64,000 bases of DNA, taken from the NCBI RefSeq assembly GCF_963921235.1, contig NC_086118.1, positions 28,212,001 to 28,276,000 on the forward strand, read 5' to 3'. Source of the stretch: Mobula hypostoma. Its lineage: Eukaryota. The notes under the pieces are model-generated. The model was not told where the DNA came from, did not search any database, and saw only the letters and a program-made list of their open reading frames with translations. Of the stretch, positions 25,985-39,319 are shown in pieces (position 1 is the stretch's first letter; the number at the start of each line of letters is the position of its first letter). The position numbers and the translations under genes are program-made.

Positions 25985-28900
25985 AGACAGGAAGTATGTG
26001 TGTGAGGCCGGTGTTCTGTGCTCGGTGTCAAATGTGGGAAGTCATGGAGACTCCCAGCCTTCCGGACGGCCACAACTGCGCTAGGTGTATCAAGCTGCAG
26101 CTCCTCAGGGACTGCGTTAGGGAACTGGAGATGCAGTTCGATGACCTTCATCTGGTCAGGGAAAGTGAGGAGGTGATAGATAGGAGCTATAGGCAGGTAG
26201 ACACACCAGGGCCTCGTGAGACAGGTAAATGGGTAACAGTCAGGAGAGGGAAGGGCAAGAGGCAGATACTAGAGAATACCCCAGTGGCTGTTCCCCTTAC
26301 AATTAGTACTCCTTTTGAGTTCTGTTGGGGGAGATAGCCTACCTGGGGGAAGCAACAGTGGCCACGCCTCTGGCACAGAGTCTGGTCCTGTGCCTCAGAA
26401 GGGTAGGGAAAGGAAGAGGATGGCAGCAGTGATAGGGGACTCTATAGTTAGGGGGTCAGACAGGCAACTCTGTGGACGCAGGAAAGAAACATGGATGGTA
26501 GTTTGCCTCCCAGGTGCCAGGGTTCGGAATGTTTCTGAAGTGGGAAGGAGAACAGCCAGAGGTCATGGTACGTGATTGGTACCAATGACATAGGTAGGAA
26601 AAGGGAGGAGGTACTGAAAGCAGACTACGGGGAGTTAGAAGGGAAGTTGAGAAGCCGGACCACAAAGGTAGTCATCTTGGGATTACTGCCTGTGCCACAT
26701 GACAGTGAGTATAGGAATAGGATGAGGTGGAGGATAAATGCGTGGCTGAGGGATTGGAGCAGGGGGCAGGGATTCAGATTTCTGGACCATTAGGACCTCT
26801 TTTGGGGCAGGTGTGACATGTACAAAAATCACGGGTTGCACTTGAATCCCAGGGGGACCTATATCCTGGTGGGGAGGTTTGCTTAGGCTGTTGGGGAGAG
26901 TATAAACTAGAATTGCTGGGAATGGGAACTGAACTGATAGAACAATTCTATCTCCGTTACCATAGCATTGGAGAGGGATAGGAACAGACAAGTTAGGAAA
27001 GCGTTTAATTGGAGTAAGGAGAAATATGAGGCTATCAGGCAGGAACTTGGAAGCATAAATTGGAAACAGATGTTCTCAGGGAAACGTATGGAAGAAATAT
27101 GGCAAATGTTCAGGGGATGTTTGCGTGGGGTTCTGCATAGGTACGTTCAAATGAGACAGGAAAATAATGGTAGGGTGCAGGAACCGTGGTGTACAAAGGC
27201 TGTTATAAATCTAGTTAAGAAGAAAAGAAGAGCTTACGAAAAGTTCAAAAAACTGGGTAATGATAGGGATCTAGAAGATTATAAGGCTAGCAGGAAGAAG
27301 CTTAAGAATGAAATTAGGAGAGCCAGAAGGGGCCATAAGAAGGCCTTGGCAGACAGGATTAAGGAAAACCCCAAGGCGTTCTACAAGTATGTGAAGAGCA
27401 AGAGCATAAGACATGAGAGAATAGGACCAATCAAGTGTGACAGTGGAAAAGTGTGTTTGAAACCGGAGGAGAAAGCAGTGGTATTTAATGAATACTTTGC
27501 TTCAGTATTTACTAGGGAAAAGGACCTTGGTGATTGTAGGGATGACTTACAGCGGACTGGAAAGCTTGAACATATAGACATTAAGAAAGAGGATGCGCTG
27601 AAGCTTTTGGAAAGCATCAAGATGGGTAAGTCACCGGGACTGGACAAGATATACCCCAGGGAAGTGTGGGAGGCGAGGGAGAAGATTGCTGAGCTTCTGG
27701 TAATGATCTTTGCATCATCAGTGGGGACGGGAGAGGTTCCAGAGGTTTGCAGAGTTGCAGATTTTGTTCCCTTATTCAAGAAAGGGAGTAGAGATAGCCC
27801 AGGAAACTATAGACCAGTGAGTCTTATTTTAGTGGTTGGTAAGTTGATGGAGAAGATCCTGAGAGGCAGAATTTATGAACATTTGGAGAGGCATAATACG
27901 ATTAGGAATAGTCAGCATGGCTTTGTGAAAGGCAGGTCGTGCCTTACGAGCCTGATTGAATTTTTTGAGGATGTGACTAAACACTTTGATGAAGGTAGAG
28001 CAGTAAATGTAGCCTATATAGACTTCAGCAAGGCATCTGATAAGGTACCCCATGCAAGGCTTATTGAGAAAGTAAAGAGTCATGGGATCCAAGGAGACAT
28101 TGCTTTGTGGATCCAGAACTGGCTTGCCCACAGAAGGCAAGGAGTGATTGTAGACGGGTCATATTCTGCATGGAGCTCAGTCACCGGTGGTGTGTCTCAG
28201 GGATCAGTTCTGGGACCCCTTCTCTTTGTGATTTTTATAAATGACCTAGATGAGGAAGTGGAGGGACGGGTTGGTAAATTTGTTGATGACACAAAGGTTG
28301 GAGGTGTTGTGGGTAGTGTGGAGGGCTGTCAGAAGTTACAGCGGGATATTGATAGGATGGAAGACTGGGCTGAGAAGTGGCAGATGGAGTTCAATACAGA
28401 TAAGTGTGAGGTGGTTCATTTTAGTAGGTCAAATATGATGACAAAAGAGGGTGCCCACCTGATGACCATGTTGATGTACCAACCCTCCCTTCTTGTCACC
28501 ACTCCAAGCCCACTGCCAACATCGAGAATGCCAACTTACCTTAGGGACTGAAACATCAAGTGTTAGGAGGTCTACTATTAATGGTAAGACTCTTGGCAGT
28601 ATGGAGGATCAGAGGAATCTTAGGGTCCGAGTCCATAGGACACTCAAATCTACGGCGCAAGTTGACTCTGTGGTTAAGAAGACTTACGGTGCATTGGCTT
28701 CATCAATCGTGGGATTGAGTTTAAGAGCCAAGAAGTAATGTTACAGCTATATAGGACATTGGTCAGACTGCACTTGGAGTACTGTGCTCAGTTATGATCG
28801 CCTCAGTACCGAAAGGATGTGGAAACTATAGAAAGAGTGCAGAGGAGATTTATAAGGTTGTTGCCTGGATTGGGGAGCATGCCTTATGAGAATAGGTTGA

Positions 28901-29285
28901 GTGAACTCGGCCTTTTCTCCTTGGAGAGATGAAGGATGAGAGGTGACCTGATAGAGGTGTACAGGATGAAGAGAGTCATTGATCATGTGGATAGGCGGAG
29001 GCTTTTTCCCAGGGCTGAAATGGCTAACACGAGAGGGCACAGCTTTAAAGTACGTGGAAGTAGGTACAGAGGAGATGTCTTGGGTAAGTTTTTTACACAG
29101 AGAGTGGTGTGTGTGTGGAATGGGCTGCCGGCGACGGTGGTGGAGGCGGAATCAATAAGGTCTTTTAAGAGACTCCTGGATAGGTACATGGAGCTTAGAG
29201 AAATAGGTAACCCTAGGTAATTTCTAAGGTAAGGACATGTGGGCCGAAGGGCCTGTATTGTGCTGCAGGTTTTCTATGTTCCTAT
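25985..29285 (+). mobile_element. CR1 LINE with ORF1 (zinc finger/coiled coil plus esterase) and ORF2 RT; APE domain deleted
   Basis: CARCQMW...CARCIKLQLL, VIGDSIVRG and GTND in ORF1; 527-aa ORF 26968-28551 carries RT motifs; C-terminus at 28936-29220; ttctatgtt tail. Confidence 0.9.
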
Positions 29286-29289
29286 ACAA

Positions 29290-29510
29290 GTAGGCCATTC
29301 AGTTCATCAAGTTTATGCCAGTTCAAACAGCAATTGCTTTCCCCCACTAGTTTTCCATAGAATCTATTCCCCCTACATTTCCATTAACACTACCAAGAGG
29401 GTCAAATTATATTCGTGATATAACTTACAATTCTACCACCCTTGGGCTGTGGGAGGAAACCAAAGATTGCGGGGGAAATGCATGTGGTTGCAGAGACAAC
29501 ATTCAATCTA
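29290..29510 (-). mobile_element. Degenerate HE1-like (V-SINE) remnant
   Basis: gggctgtgggaggaaacc...ggaaatgcatgtggttgcagagacaac matches the V-SINE body as recalled, with a CR1-like 3' end. Confidence 0.4.
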
Positions 29511-29835
29511 TTATTACTTCTAACCTTCTAGGTTTAATAACAGCTTGTTTAATTTACAGTAACCAGATTTCTCTGTATCATTCGTGTTCAGTTCTACTGT
29601 AGGTCTTCCATTTGTGCTATTGGCTCCATTTTTCTCTCTGTATTAGCACTGCCTGACCTCCAAGGTATTTCCTTTAGCTTAATGTCATTGTAACTTTCAC
29701 ATTCACTGGTGACTTATTTCAGTTCATCCACAGAACAGTTTAATTCTTCACTCTCATGTCTCTTTTTCCCTTTTTCAAGGTGGCCGGGGTCCTGTTGGGG
29801 TCCTTGATCTACAGCTACAGCTCAGACTGCAGTTT

Positions 29836-30220
29836 TGAATTGAATTGAATTGAATGGACTTTATTTCGTACATCCTTCACAAACATGAGGAGTAAAAATC
29901 TTTATGTTACGTCTCCAGCTAAATGTGCAATGTGCGATCATAGTAATTGATAATAATTTATAATAAATAGAACAGTATAGAGTACAGAATATAATATAGA
30001 GTACATACAAATCAGCGTGAGTTCATCAGTCTGGTGGCCTGGTAGAAGAAGCTGTCCCGGAGCCTGTTGGTCCTGGCTTTTATGCTGCGGTACTGCTTCC
30101 CAGATGGTAGCAGCTGGAATAGATTGTGGCTGGAATGACATGGTTTCCCAATGATCCTATGAGCCCTTGTTACACACCTGTCCTTGTAAATATCCTGAAT
30201 CATGGGAAGTTCACAACTGC
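29836..30220 (-). mobile_element. Rex1/Babar 3' end
   Basis: CELPMIQDIYKDRC...LLPSGKQYRSIKARTNRLRDSFFYQA; (TTCAA)n tail; near-identical to the 3' end of 34085-35058. Confidence 0.8.
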
Positions 30221-30224
30221 TCAA

Positions 30225-30438
30225 CAGTTCTTCACGGGCTGCGGGTTCTCGCTCTCGGAACTCACCGAGCGACTTGCTGTTTCGATATCTCCAGGAAGAA
30301 ACGCACCTTGGGGGTGCAGCCCTGTAGATGACCCGATTCCTTGCTGATGTTGCTGACTGAAGCCTTGTGGGAGATTGAAGCATCCAGACAGCAGGTGGTG
30401 CGCACGGCTGCCGAAAGAAGTCCTCTGAACTTGAGTGA

Positions 30439-30470
<32 letters not shown>

Positions 30471-30928
30471 GATGGTCCTCACAATGGGGGATCTTGGAAA
30501 AGTGACATAGAGGACTGTAACATCAAAGCAGCGAGCTTTTGGCCTCGCCTCTCATTGTGACAGGATAAATAACTCTCTTCCTTGCTAGTGAGAGAGGGTG
30601 CCAGTTTGAGAGGTCCAAATGTTGGGATGGACACTAGTTTTTGGTGGACTCTAGATCATGGTTGCTGGGGGCTTTGCTATTGCTTGCATGGTGCGTGGTG
30701 AGGGTTAATGCTTTTTCTGAAGCATATGGGGGGAGGGGGAAGGTGGTGGGTTGATATTACTGCTACTGATAGTGAGTGGGAGGGGATGAGGGCTTTGGGG
30801 TTCTAATGTCTTCTGCCATGCATTCTTTGGGTTTTTTTTTCTGTTTTGAGGATGTCCATGAAGAATAAGAATTTCAGGTTGTATACTGCATAAATTCACT
30901 GATATTAAAATAAGCCATTGAACCATTG
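30225..30928 (+). mobile_element. Unclassified non-coding retroposon with LINE-type 3' tail
   Basis: GC-richer body with (CT)n at ~30440-30470, ending gaataagaatttcaggttgtatactgc...ccattgaaccattga (tandem tail). Confidence 0.4.
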
Positions 30929-31372
30929 AGCGTATCTGTAAGGAACACTGCCACAATGAAGCAGCATCTATCATGAAGGAACCCCACCATTCAGCCATCG
31001 TCTCTTGCTGCTGCTATTGCAAAGGAGGTACTGGAGACTTAGTTCCAAAAAAAACCAGGTTCAGGAACAGTTATTACCCTTGAACCATCGGTCTCCTGAC
31101 CTGGTGTGCATATCTTCATTCACCTCAACACTGAACAGATACCACAACCTATGGACTAACTTTCAAGGTCTCTACAACTCGTGTTCTCAAAAGTATTTAT
31201 TTATTTGTTTTTGAATAATTTGTCTTCTTTTGCACATTGGGTGTTTGTAAGTTTTCATTGTTTCCATCGTTTTTCTTTGTTCTACTGTGAGTATCTGCAG
31301 GAAATGAATCTCTGGATGGTATATGGCAACATGTACCTACTTTGATAATACATTTAATTTGAACTTTGAACT
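30929..31372 (+). mobile_element. Rex1/Babar 3' end and UTR
   Basis: RIYKEHC...AASIMKEPHH...LLLLQRRYWRL...FRNSY-like remnant; (TTTGAAC)n tail. Confidence 0.6.
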
Positions 31373-31827
31373 CGCTTTCTAACTTCTCTCAGTAACGTGT
31401 CAACCAGAAGACTTAATACATAGTTGGCACCATGCATTCCTGGTCTCATTCTACCAGAGATAGTATGATCTCTTCTCCACTCTCTCTGCAATTTATCACT
31501 AACTCGCTTGTATTTATTCATACTTCCACCAAAGAGTTCTCAACCTGAAACCATAACTCTGCTGCCTGAACAATTCTTCTGTTTCTAATTTATTCTGTAA
31601 AGTTTTTCAAGGTTGCAACAGGGTATTGCATTATCCAACCAGAACTGAATCGATTAAATGAACAGTAAACATCCAATTTGAGCATCTTTGTGATGGGCAA
31701 AGAATTCAAGATATTATGAAGCGAGGATAATTCTGCTTGGGATTTACACCTTCCAAAATAGTGGTCTCTGGTCATAGACAATATTGTTTTACATCATTTG
31801 CATGAGTTGATAGACATTCATCTAGCA

Positions 31828-32927
31828 TAAACACGAGGAATTCTGCAGATGCTGGAAATTCAAGCAACGCACATCAAAGTTGCTGGTGAACGCAGCAGGC
31901 CAGGCAGCATCTCTAGGAAAAGGTACAGTCGATGTTTCGGGCCGAGACCCTTCGTCAGGACTAACTGAAGGAAGAGCTAGCAAGAGATTTGAAAGTGGGG
32001 AGGGGGAGGGGGAGATCCAAAATGATAGGAGAAGACAGGAGGGGGAGGGATGGAGCCAAGAGCTGGACAGGTGATTGGCAAAAGGGTATGAGAGGATCAT
32101 GGGACAGGAGGCCCAGGGAGAAGGAAAAGGGGGAGGGGGGAGAAAACCCAGAGGATGGGCAAGGAGTATAGTCAGAGGGACAGAGGGAGAAAAAGGAGAA
32201 AGAGAGAAAGAATGTGTGTATATAAATAAATAACAGATGGGGTACAAGGGGGAGGTGGGGCATTAGCGGAAGTTAGAGAAGTCAATGTTCATGCCATCAG
32301 GTTGGAGGCTACCCAAACAGAATATAAGGTGTTGTTCCTCCAACCTGGGTGTGGCTTCATCTTTACAGTAGAGGAGGCCGTGAATAGACATATCAGAATG
32401 GGAATGGGATGTGGAATTAAAATGTGTGGCCACTGGGAGATCCTGCTTTCTCTGGCGGACAGAGCGTAGACGTTCAGCAAAGCGGTCTCCCAGTCTGCGT
32501 CGGGTCTCACCAATATATAGAAGGCCACATCGGGAGCACCAGGCGCAGTATATCACCCTAGCCGACTCACAGGGGAAGTGTCGCCTCACCTGGAAGGACT
32601 GTCTGGGGTCCTGAATGGTGGTAAGGGAGGAAGTGTAAGGGCATGTGTAGCACTTGTTCCGCTTACAAGGATAAGTGCCAGGAGGGAGATCAGTGGGGAG
32701 GGATGGGGGGGGGGGAAACGAATGGACAAGGGAGTCGCATAGGGAGCGATCCCTGCAGAAAGCAGAGAGACGGGGGGAGGGAAAGATATGCTTAGTGGTG
32801 GGATCCCACTGGAGGTGGCAGAAGTTACGGAGAATAATATGTTGGACCAGGAGGCTGGTGGGGAGGTAGGGGAGGACCAGGGGAACCCTATTCCTAGTGG
32901 GGTGACGGGAGGATGGAGTGAGAGCAG
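31828..32927 (-). mobile_element. Penelope-like element, 5'-truncated, GIY-YIG endonuclease
   Basis: ORF 32263-32982 with CKRNKCYTC, VIYCAWCSRCGLLYIGETRRRLGDRFAE...HFN...EQHLIF...LQPDGMN; perfect 12-bp TSD ATTCATCTAGCA (31816-31827 and 32928-32939). Confidence 0.9.
31927..31962 (-). ncRNA. Minimal type I hammerhead ribozyme motif (PLE)
   Basis: AGUC-CUGACGA-AGGGUCUCGGCCC-GAAAC-AUC-GACU: conserved CUGANGA/GAAA core, stems I and II, AUC triplet. Confidence 0.7.
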
Positions 32928-33374
32928 ATTCATCTAGCAGCCCACTTAAGACAGGAATAGAGAATGATCGTAATAAATCCAAGGGACTGTGGGTGACTTC
33001 TGTTCATAGGTCAAACCATGCTGACTGCTCACAATTCAAAGAAAGTTCCAACAGGTAATAAAAACCTGTTTTCCACTCACACAACTATTAAAATAATTTG
33101 TTATTTCACTAGTGCAGATAAACGGCTCAAAGTGCATAAGACACCAACTTGATAATCTAGATTTATAAATTTCTATGGTAAAATGTGGGCAGAAGGACTC
33201 ATTTATGGCACTTAATTGCAAGAAGTCAAGGAGATCAAATTTAAAAACAGATAATGATAGAGCAATAATATATTGTATAGTTATATTATTTTAAGAATAA
33301 TTGTTTGGAAAAGAGTGAGAATGCAGAACTGAATAAAGAACTAATAGGAATAAAGAAATAAAAGAGGGGAGGAG

Positions 33375-34043
33375 AGAATGGTGGCGTGACGCAGCGTGCG
33401 CAGCCGCTCCAAAATGATATCGTATTTGTTACGTAGGAGGCCGTGCACAATCCTGATTTGATGGAGACAGACGTGAGAAGCACAGAGGAACATCTGGAGA
33501 AACTTCTGAAATGCCTGCTTTGCTACCATTGCTACTGTGCAATCGAGAATCTCCGGAGGGGAAGGCCCCAAATCCTCAGCTTTGCCTATTGCCTGTTGCC
33601 GGGGCTGGGGTCGAAACGCTCGGCAGAGATAGTGCTCGGTGCTCGGTGTCAGAGGGCTGTTCGGAGGCTCGAAGTTTTCGGATGGACTCAAGAGTCGGCT
33701 GTGGTCAGGTGCTTCCAGGGTGCTGCATCGGCAAGTTTGCGGCACTGGAGGTTCATTTCAGGAAGAGAGTTTCTCTTCCTTCTACCATCTGCGTGAGATG
33801 ATGGGACTTCCGAGAGACTTTGAGACTTTTTTTTTACCATGCCCATGGTCTGTTCTTTATCAAATTATAGTATTGCTTTGCACTGTTGGAACTATATGTT
33901 ACAATTATGTGGATTTTGTCAGTTTTTTTAACCTTGGTTTGTCTTGTGTTTCTGTGATATAATTCTGGAGGAACATTGTATAATTTCTTAATGCATGCAT
34001 TACTAAATGACAATAAAAGAGGAATGCGTGTCCTCATAATCTA
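33375..34043 (+). mobile_element. Non-autonomous ~670-bp retroposon, copy 1
   Basis: Colinear over its full length with the reverse complement of 40372-41036; ends gacaataaa...gtgtcctcataatctaa. Confidence 0.7.
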
Positions 34044-34084
34044 AAATTTTGGTCTTTAACTGATTTTAGTGAAGATGATTGGAG

Positions 34085-35058
34085 GTTCCTGTCAGATCAC
34101 TGGCAGGTGGTAAGAGTGGGCTCCCTCAACTCCACCCCTCTGACTCTCAACACAGGAGCTTCTCAGGGCAGTGTATTAAGACACCTCCTTTACTCCCTAT
34201 GCACTCATAACTGTGTCGCCACCCACAGCTCTAATCTGCTAATTAAATTTGCTGATGACACTATATTTTTCCTGATCTCAAACAATAATGAGGTGGCCTA
34301 CAGAGAAGAAGTCATCTCTCTGACACAGTGGTGTCAAGAAAACAACCTCTCCCTCAATGTCGCAAAAACAAAGGAGCTTGTTGTGGATTACAGGAGGAAT
34401 GGAGACAGTCTAACCCCTATTGACCTCAATGGATCTGGAGTTGAAAGGATAAACAGCTTTAAGTTCCTTGGCATCCCATCACTGAGGACCCCACGTGGTC
34501 TGTACACACCAACTGTGTGGTGAAAAAGGCACAACAGCACTTCCTTCACCACGGATGGTTGAGGAAGTTTTGTATGGGCCCCCAAATCCTAAGAACTTTC
34601 TACAGGGGCACAGCTGAGAGCATCCTGGCCGGCTGAATCACTGCCTGGTTTGGGAACTACAGAGAGTGGTGTGGACAGCCCAGCGTATCTGTAGTTGTGA
34701 ACTTCCCATGATTCAGGACATTTATAAAGACAGATATGAGAATAGGGCCTGCAGGATCATTGGGGACCCGAGTCACTCCAACCACAATCTATTCCAGCCG
34801 CTACCGTCTGGGGAAATGGTACTGCAGCATAAAAGCCAGGACCAACAGGCTCTGGGACAGCTTCTTCCACCAGGCTTTTAGACTGATTAACTCATGCTGA
34901 TTTAAGTGTATTTCTATTTTATATTGACTGTTCTATTTATTATAAATTATTATACATTACTATGATTGCACATTGCATATTTAGCTGGAGACATAACGTA
35001 AAGATCTTTACTCCTCATGTATGTGAAGGATGTAAGAAATAAAGTCAATTCAATTCAA
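34085..35058 (+). mobile_element. Rex1/Babar 3' part
   Basis: TLNTGASQGSVL...KFADDT...WCQENNLSLNVAKTKELVVDYRR...FKFLG; (CAATT)n tail. Confidence 0.85.
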
Positions 35059-35075
35059 TAATAATAATAATAATA

Positions 35076-35700
35076 ACAACAAAGACAGAAAATGCCAAGA
35101 GAAGCCAGAAAGAATCCAACGCATGACAAGATCCTGCAGCAGTTTAACTCTACCTGAATACTTATACCAACTCAATCAAGTGGCAAACATCATTTTGCAA
35201 AATCTTGCTTTAAAATACAAACTCATAAAAGATACTATATCTCACTATAAATACTAGCCTGATCCAGTTCTAGAACCAGAGCCCAATAAATTATATTACA
35301 ACCAAACTATTATTGCAGATAGGACAATCAATAACAACTGTCCAGATGTAATATTATAGGATTAACAAGCAGGAACAATTTACTTAATAGATATAGCCAT
35401 TCCAAATGCACATACAGGAATCAATAAGTGAAAATCACCAGAAATACATTGAATTAAGAGAGGAAATTGAAAGACTATGGAACATGAACAGGGAATACAT
35501 TGTCCCAATGATAATATCTACAACTGATACCATCACAAAGTCACTACACAATAGTTTTAAACAATAGACCTAAACAGCAATATTTATGTATATCTGCGGA
35601 AAGCCACAATACTAGAATAGTCAGGAGGTTCTTAGCAATTGAGAACAGAGTGTGCTTGGCTATGCTTGTACCTTAAGTTTTATCAACTTGAGCTGAGAAA
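35076..35700 (+). mobile_element. R4/Dong-clade LINE 3' fragment (REL endonuclease), decayed
   Basis: PDPVLE...KLYYNQTIIADRTINNNCPDVIL...IYLIDIAIPN...QKYIELREEIERLWNM...IVPMIIS...RKATIL; flanked by (TAA)n on both sides. Confidence 0.75.
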
Positions 35701-35783
35701 AAATAATAATAATAATAAAAATAATAATAACAACAACAACAATAATAATAATAATAATAAGAAGAAGAAGCAGAAGAAGAAGA
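35701..35783. repeat. Compound trinucleotide microsatellite (TAA)n(CAA)n(TAA)n(GAA)n
   Basis: Directly visible. Confidence 0.95.
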
Positions 35784-36797
35784 ATGTCTTTATAGCAAAT
35801 TACCTTAAATGCTAAAGGGAATATTTAACCGACTACTCTGGAACACTGTCTGAAATGGTTTGATTTAAAGATGTGGAATTTGTGAATATTTTGATAGGGA
35901 AGGAAAGAATGACCTTCTGACTTATTAGGTAAATTGTCTTCATAAAGCATCTAGACCCCCTTTACCGCAGTAGGTAGTAATGCTTTTGTGTTGTGTTTAT
36001 ATGTTATTGATATGTTACTTTGATTTTCCTTAAGTATGTCGAATCACAAAAAGCATTTTTGAGTTTCATGCAAATTTGGAAAATTTGTGTATGCCATTTA
36101 TTTTTATATGCCTTTGAGTTTTTTTTCCATATATGTGAGAGATATTAATGTTTCAGAATGATGTTTTTGTTATTGCATAAAATATCAACTATATATCTGG
36201 AGCACTAAATGGTCCAGCAGTGAGTGGCTAAAACTTCCTCTTTTGTCAGAACAGAATGATGCTTGCCTAGAGGAATATTATGATCAAAGCAGTTGATAAA
36301 GAGGAGATTTGGAGAAAGGTATAGCTCAGTTGCTAAGGCTTCTTCATTTACGTCAGCCTCGAGCACAAAAATCTAGTCAGCCTCCTCCTCCTATAGCCCT
36401 GAGTGAATACTGCACTTCCACAAGTTTTGCTCTCTGAAGAAAAGATATTAGAGAGAAAACTATGAAGGGAGTAACAGCATTAATAATTTAGGTTGATGAC
36501 ACTTCATCAGCAAAGAGTTACTCACTGAATTGTGCAGCAATGTGCTTGATCATGCTTTGCCTTATGAAAAATGGTAGAAACTATATTAGACAGAAAATTT
36601 CACACTTTTCATAACAGCCATTTATAGGTGGGTTGACGGGTGGTGTCAATGAGTAATTCAAAAGGTAGGTAAGTGGATGTGAAAGTACCAGTGCATCATT
36701 CTGTCTATCACCTTATTTTCCTGAAATCTGAGATTGGAAGAAGATGCTTGCAGGCAGCTTGAATGATGCTGTTTCAATTAAAATGCAATACAACTTA

Positions 36798-39220
36798 TAG
36801 AAACATAGAAACATAGAAAATAAGTGCAGGAGTAGGCCATTCGGCCCTTCGAGCCTGCACTGCCATTCAGTATGATCATGGCTGATCATCCAACTCAGAA
36901 CCCTGTACCAGCCTTCCCTCCATACCCCCGATCCCTGTAGCCACAAGGGCCATATCTAACTCCCTCTTAAATATAGCCAATGAACTGGCCTCAACTGTTT
37001 CCTGTGGCAGAGAATTCCACAGATTCACCACTCTCTGTGTGAAGAAGTTTTTCCTAATCTCGGTCCTAAAAGGCTTCCCCTTTATCCGCAAACTGTGACC
37101 CCTCGTTCTGGACTTCCCCAACATTGGGAACAATCTTCCTGCATCTAGCCTGTCCAATCCCTTTAGGATTTTATACGTTTCAATAAGATCCCCCCTCAAT
37201 CTTCTAAATTCCAATGAGTATTAGCCTAGTCGATCCAGTCTTTCATCATATGAAAGTCCTGCCATCCCAGGAATCAATCTGGTGAACCTTCTTTGTATTC
37301 CCTCTATGGCAAGGATGTCTTTCCTCAGATTAGGGGACCAAAATTGCACACAATACTCCAGGTGTGGTCTCACCAAGGCCTTGTACAACTGCAGTAGTAC
37401 CTCCCTGCTCCTGTACTGGAATCCTCTCGCTATAAATGCCAGCATACCATTCACCTTTTTCACCGCCTGCTGTACCTGCATGCCCACTTTCAATGACTGG
37501 TGTATAATGACACCCAGGTCTCGTTGCACCTCCCCTTTTCCTAATCGGCCACCATTCAGATAATAATCTGTTTTCCTGTTTTTGCCACCAACGTGGATAA
37601 CCTCACATTTATCCAGATTAAATTGTATCTGCCATGAATTTGCCCATTCACCCAACCTATCCAAGTCACCCTGCATCCTCTTAGCATCCTCCTCACGGCT
37701 GCCGCCCAGCTTTGTGTCATCTGCAAACTTGGAGATGCTGCATTTAATTCCCTCATCTAAGTCATTAATATATATTGTAAACAACTGGGGTCCCAGCACT
37801 GAGCCTTGCGGTACCCCACTAGTCACTGCCTGCCATTCTGAAAAGGTCCCGTTTATTCCCACTCTTTGCTTCCTGTCTGCCAACCAATTCTCTATCCACA
37901 TCAATACCTTACCCCCAATACCGTGTGCTTTAAGTTTGCACAAAAAATCTCCTGTGTGGGACCTTGTCAAAAGCCTTTTGAAAATCCAAATATACCACAT
38001 CCACTGGTTCTCCCCCATCCACTCTACTAGTTACATCCTCAAAAAATTCTATGAGATTCGTCAGATGTGATTTTCCTTTCACAAATCCATGCTGACTTTG
38101 TCTGATGATTACACCGCTTTCCAAATGTGCTGTTATCACATCTTTGATAACTTACTCTAGCATTTTCCCCACCACCGATGTTAGGCTAACCGGTATATAA
38201 TTCCCTGGTTTCTCTCTCCCTCCTTTTTTAGAAAGAGGGGTTACATTAGCCACCCTCCAATCCTCAGGAACTAGTCCAGAATCTAAAGAGTTTTGAAAAA
38301 TTATCACTAATGCATCCACTATTTCTTGTGCTACTTCCTTAAGCACTCTGTGATGCAGACCATCTGGCCCTGGGGATTTATCTACCTTTAATCCCTTCAA
38401 TTTACCTAACACCATTTCCCTACTAACATGTATTTTGCTCAGTTCCTCCATCTCACTGGACCCTCTGTCCCCTACTATTTCCGGAAGATTATTTATGTCT
38501 TCCTTAGTGAAGACAAAACCAAAGTAGTTATTCAATTGGTCTGCCATGTCCTTGCTCCCCATAATCAATTCACCTGTTTCTGTCTGTAGGGGACCTACAT
38601 TTGTCTTAACCAATCTTTTTCTTTTCACAGATCTATAAAAGCTTTTACAGTCAGTTTTTATGTTCCCTGCCAGTTTTCTCTCATAATCTTTTTTCCCCTT
38701 CCTAATTAAGCCCTTTGTCCTCCTCTGCTGGACTCTGAATTTCTCCCAGTCCTCAGGTGAGCCATTTTTTTCTGGCTAATTTGTATGCTTCTTCTTTGGA
38801 ATTGATACTATCCCTAATTTCCCTTGTCAGCCACGGGTGCACTACCTTCCTTGATTTATTCTTTTGCCAAACTGGGATGAACAATTGTTGTAGTTCATCC
38901 ATGTGACCTTTAAATGCTTGCCATTGCATATCCACCGTCAACCCTTTAAGTGTCATTTGCCAGTCTATCTTAACTAATTCTCATACCTTCAAAGTTATGC
39001 TTCTTTACGTTCAGAACCTTTGTTTCTGAATTAACTATGTCACTCTCCACCCTAATGAAGAATTCCACCATATTATGGTCACTCTTACCCAAGGGGCCTC
39101 TCACGATAAGATTGCTCATTAACCCTTCCTCATTGCTCAATACCCAGTCCAGAATGGCCTGCTCCCTAGTTGGTTCCTCGACATGTTGGTTCAAAAAACC
39201 CATCCCGCATATATTCCAAG
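36798..39220 (-). mobile_element. CR1 LINE, 5'-truncated, same subfamily as 10521-13995
   Basis: ORFs 38152-38628, 37930-38139, 37221-38018 and 36876-37214 are nearly identical to the first copy; (TTCTATGT)n tail. Confidence 0.95.
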
Positions 39221-39319
39221 AAAGGATCACATGCATTGGATCACATGTTGTGCATGGAATAGAATCATCATGTGACAGAATATAATTTATTTTTGTGAAC
39301 ATATGTGGATAACTTCAAT

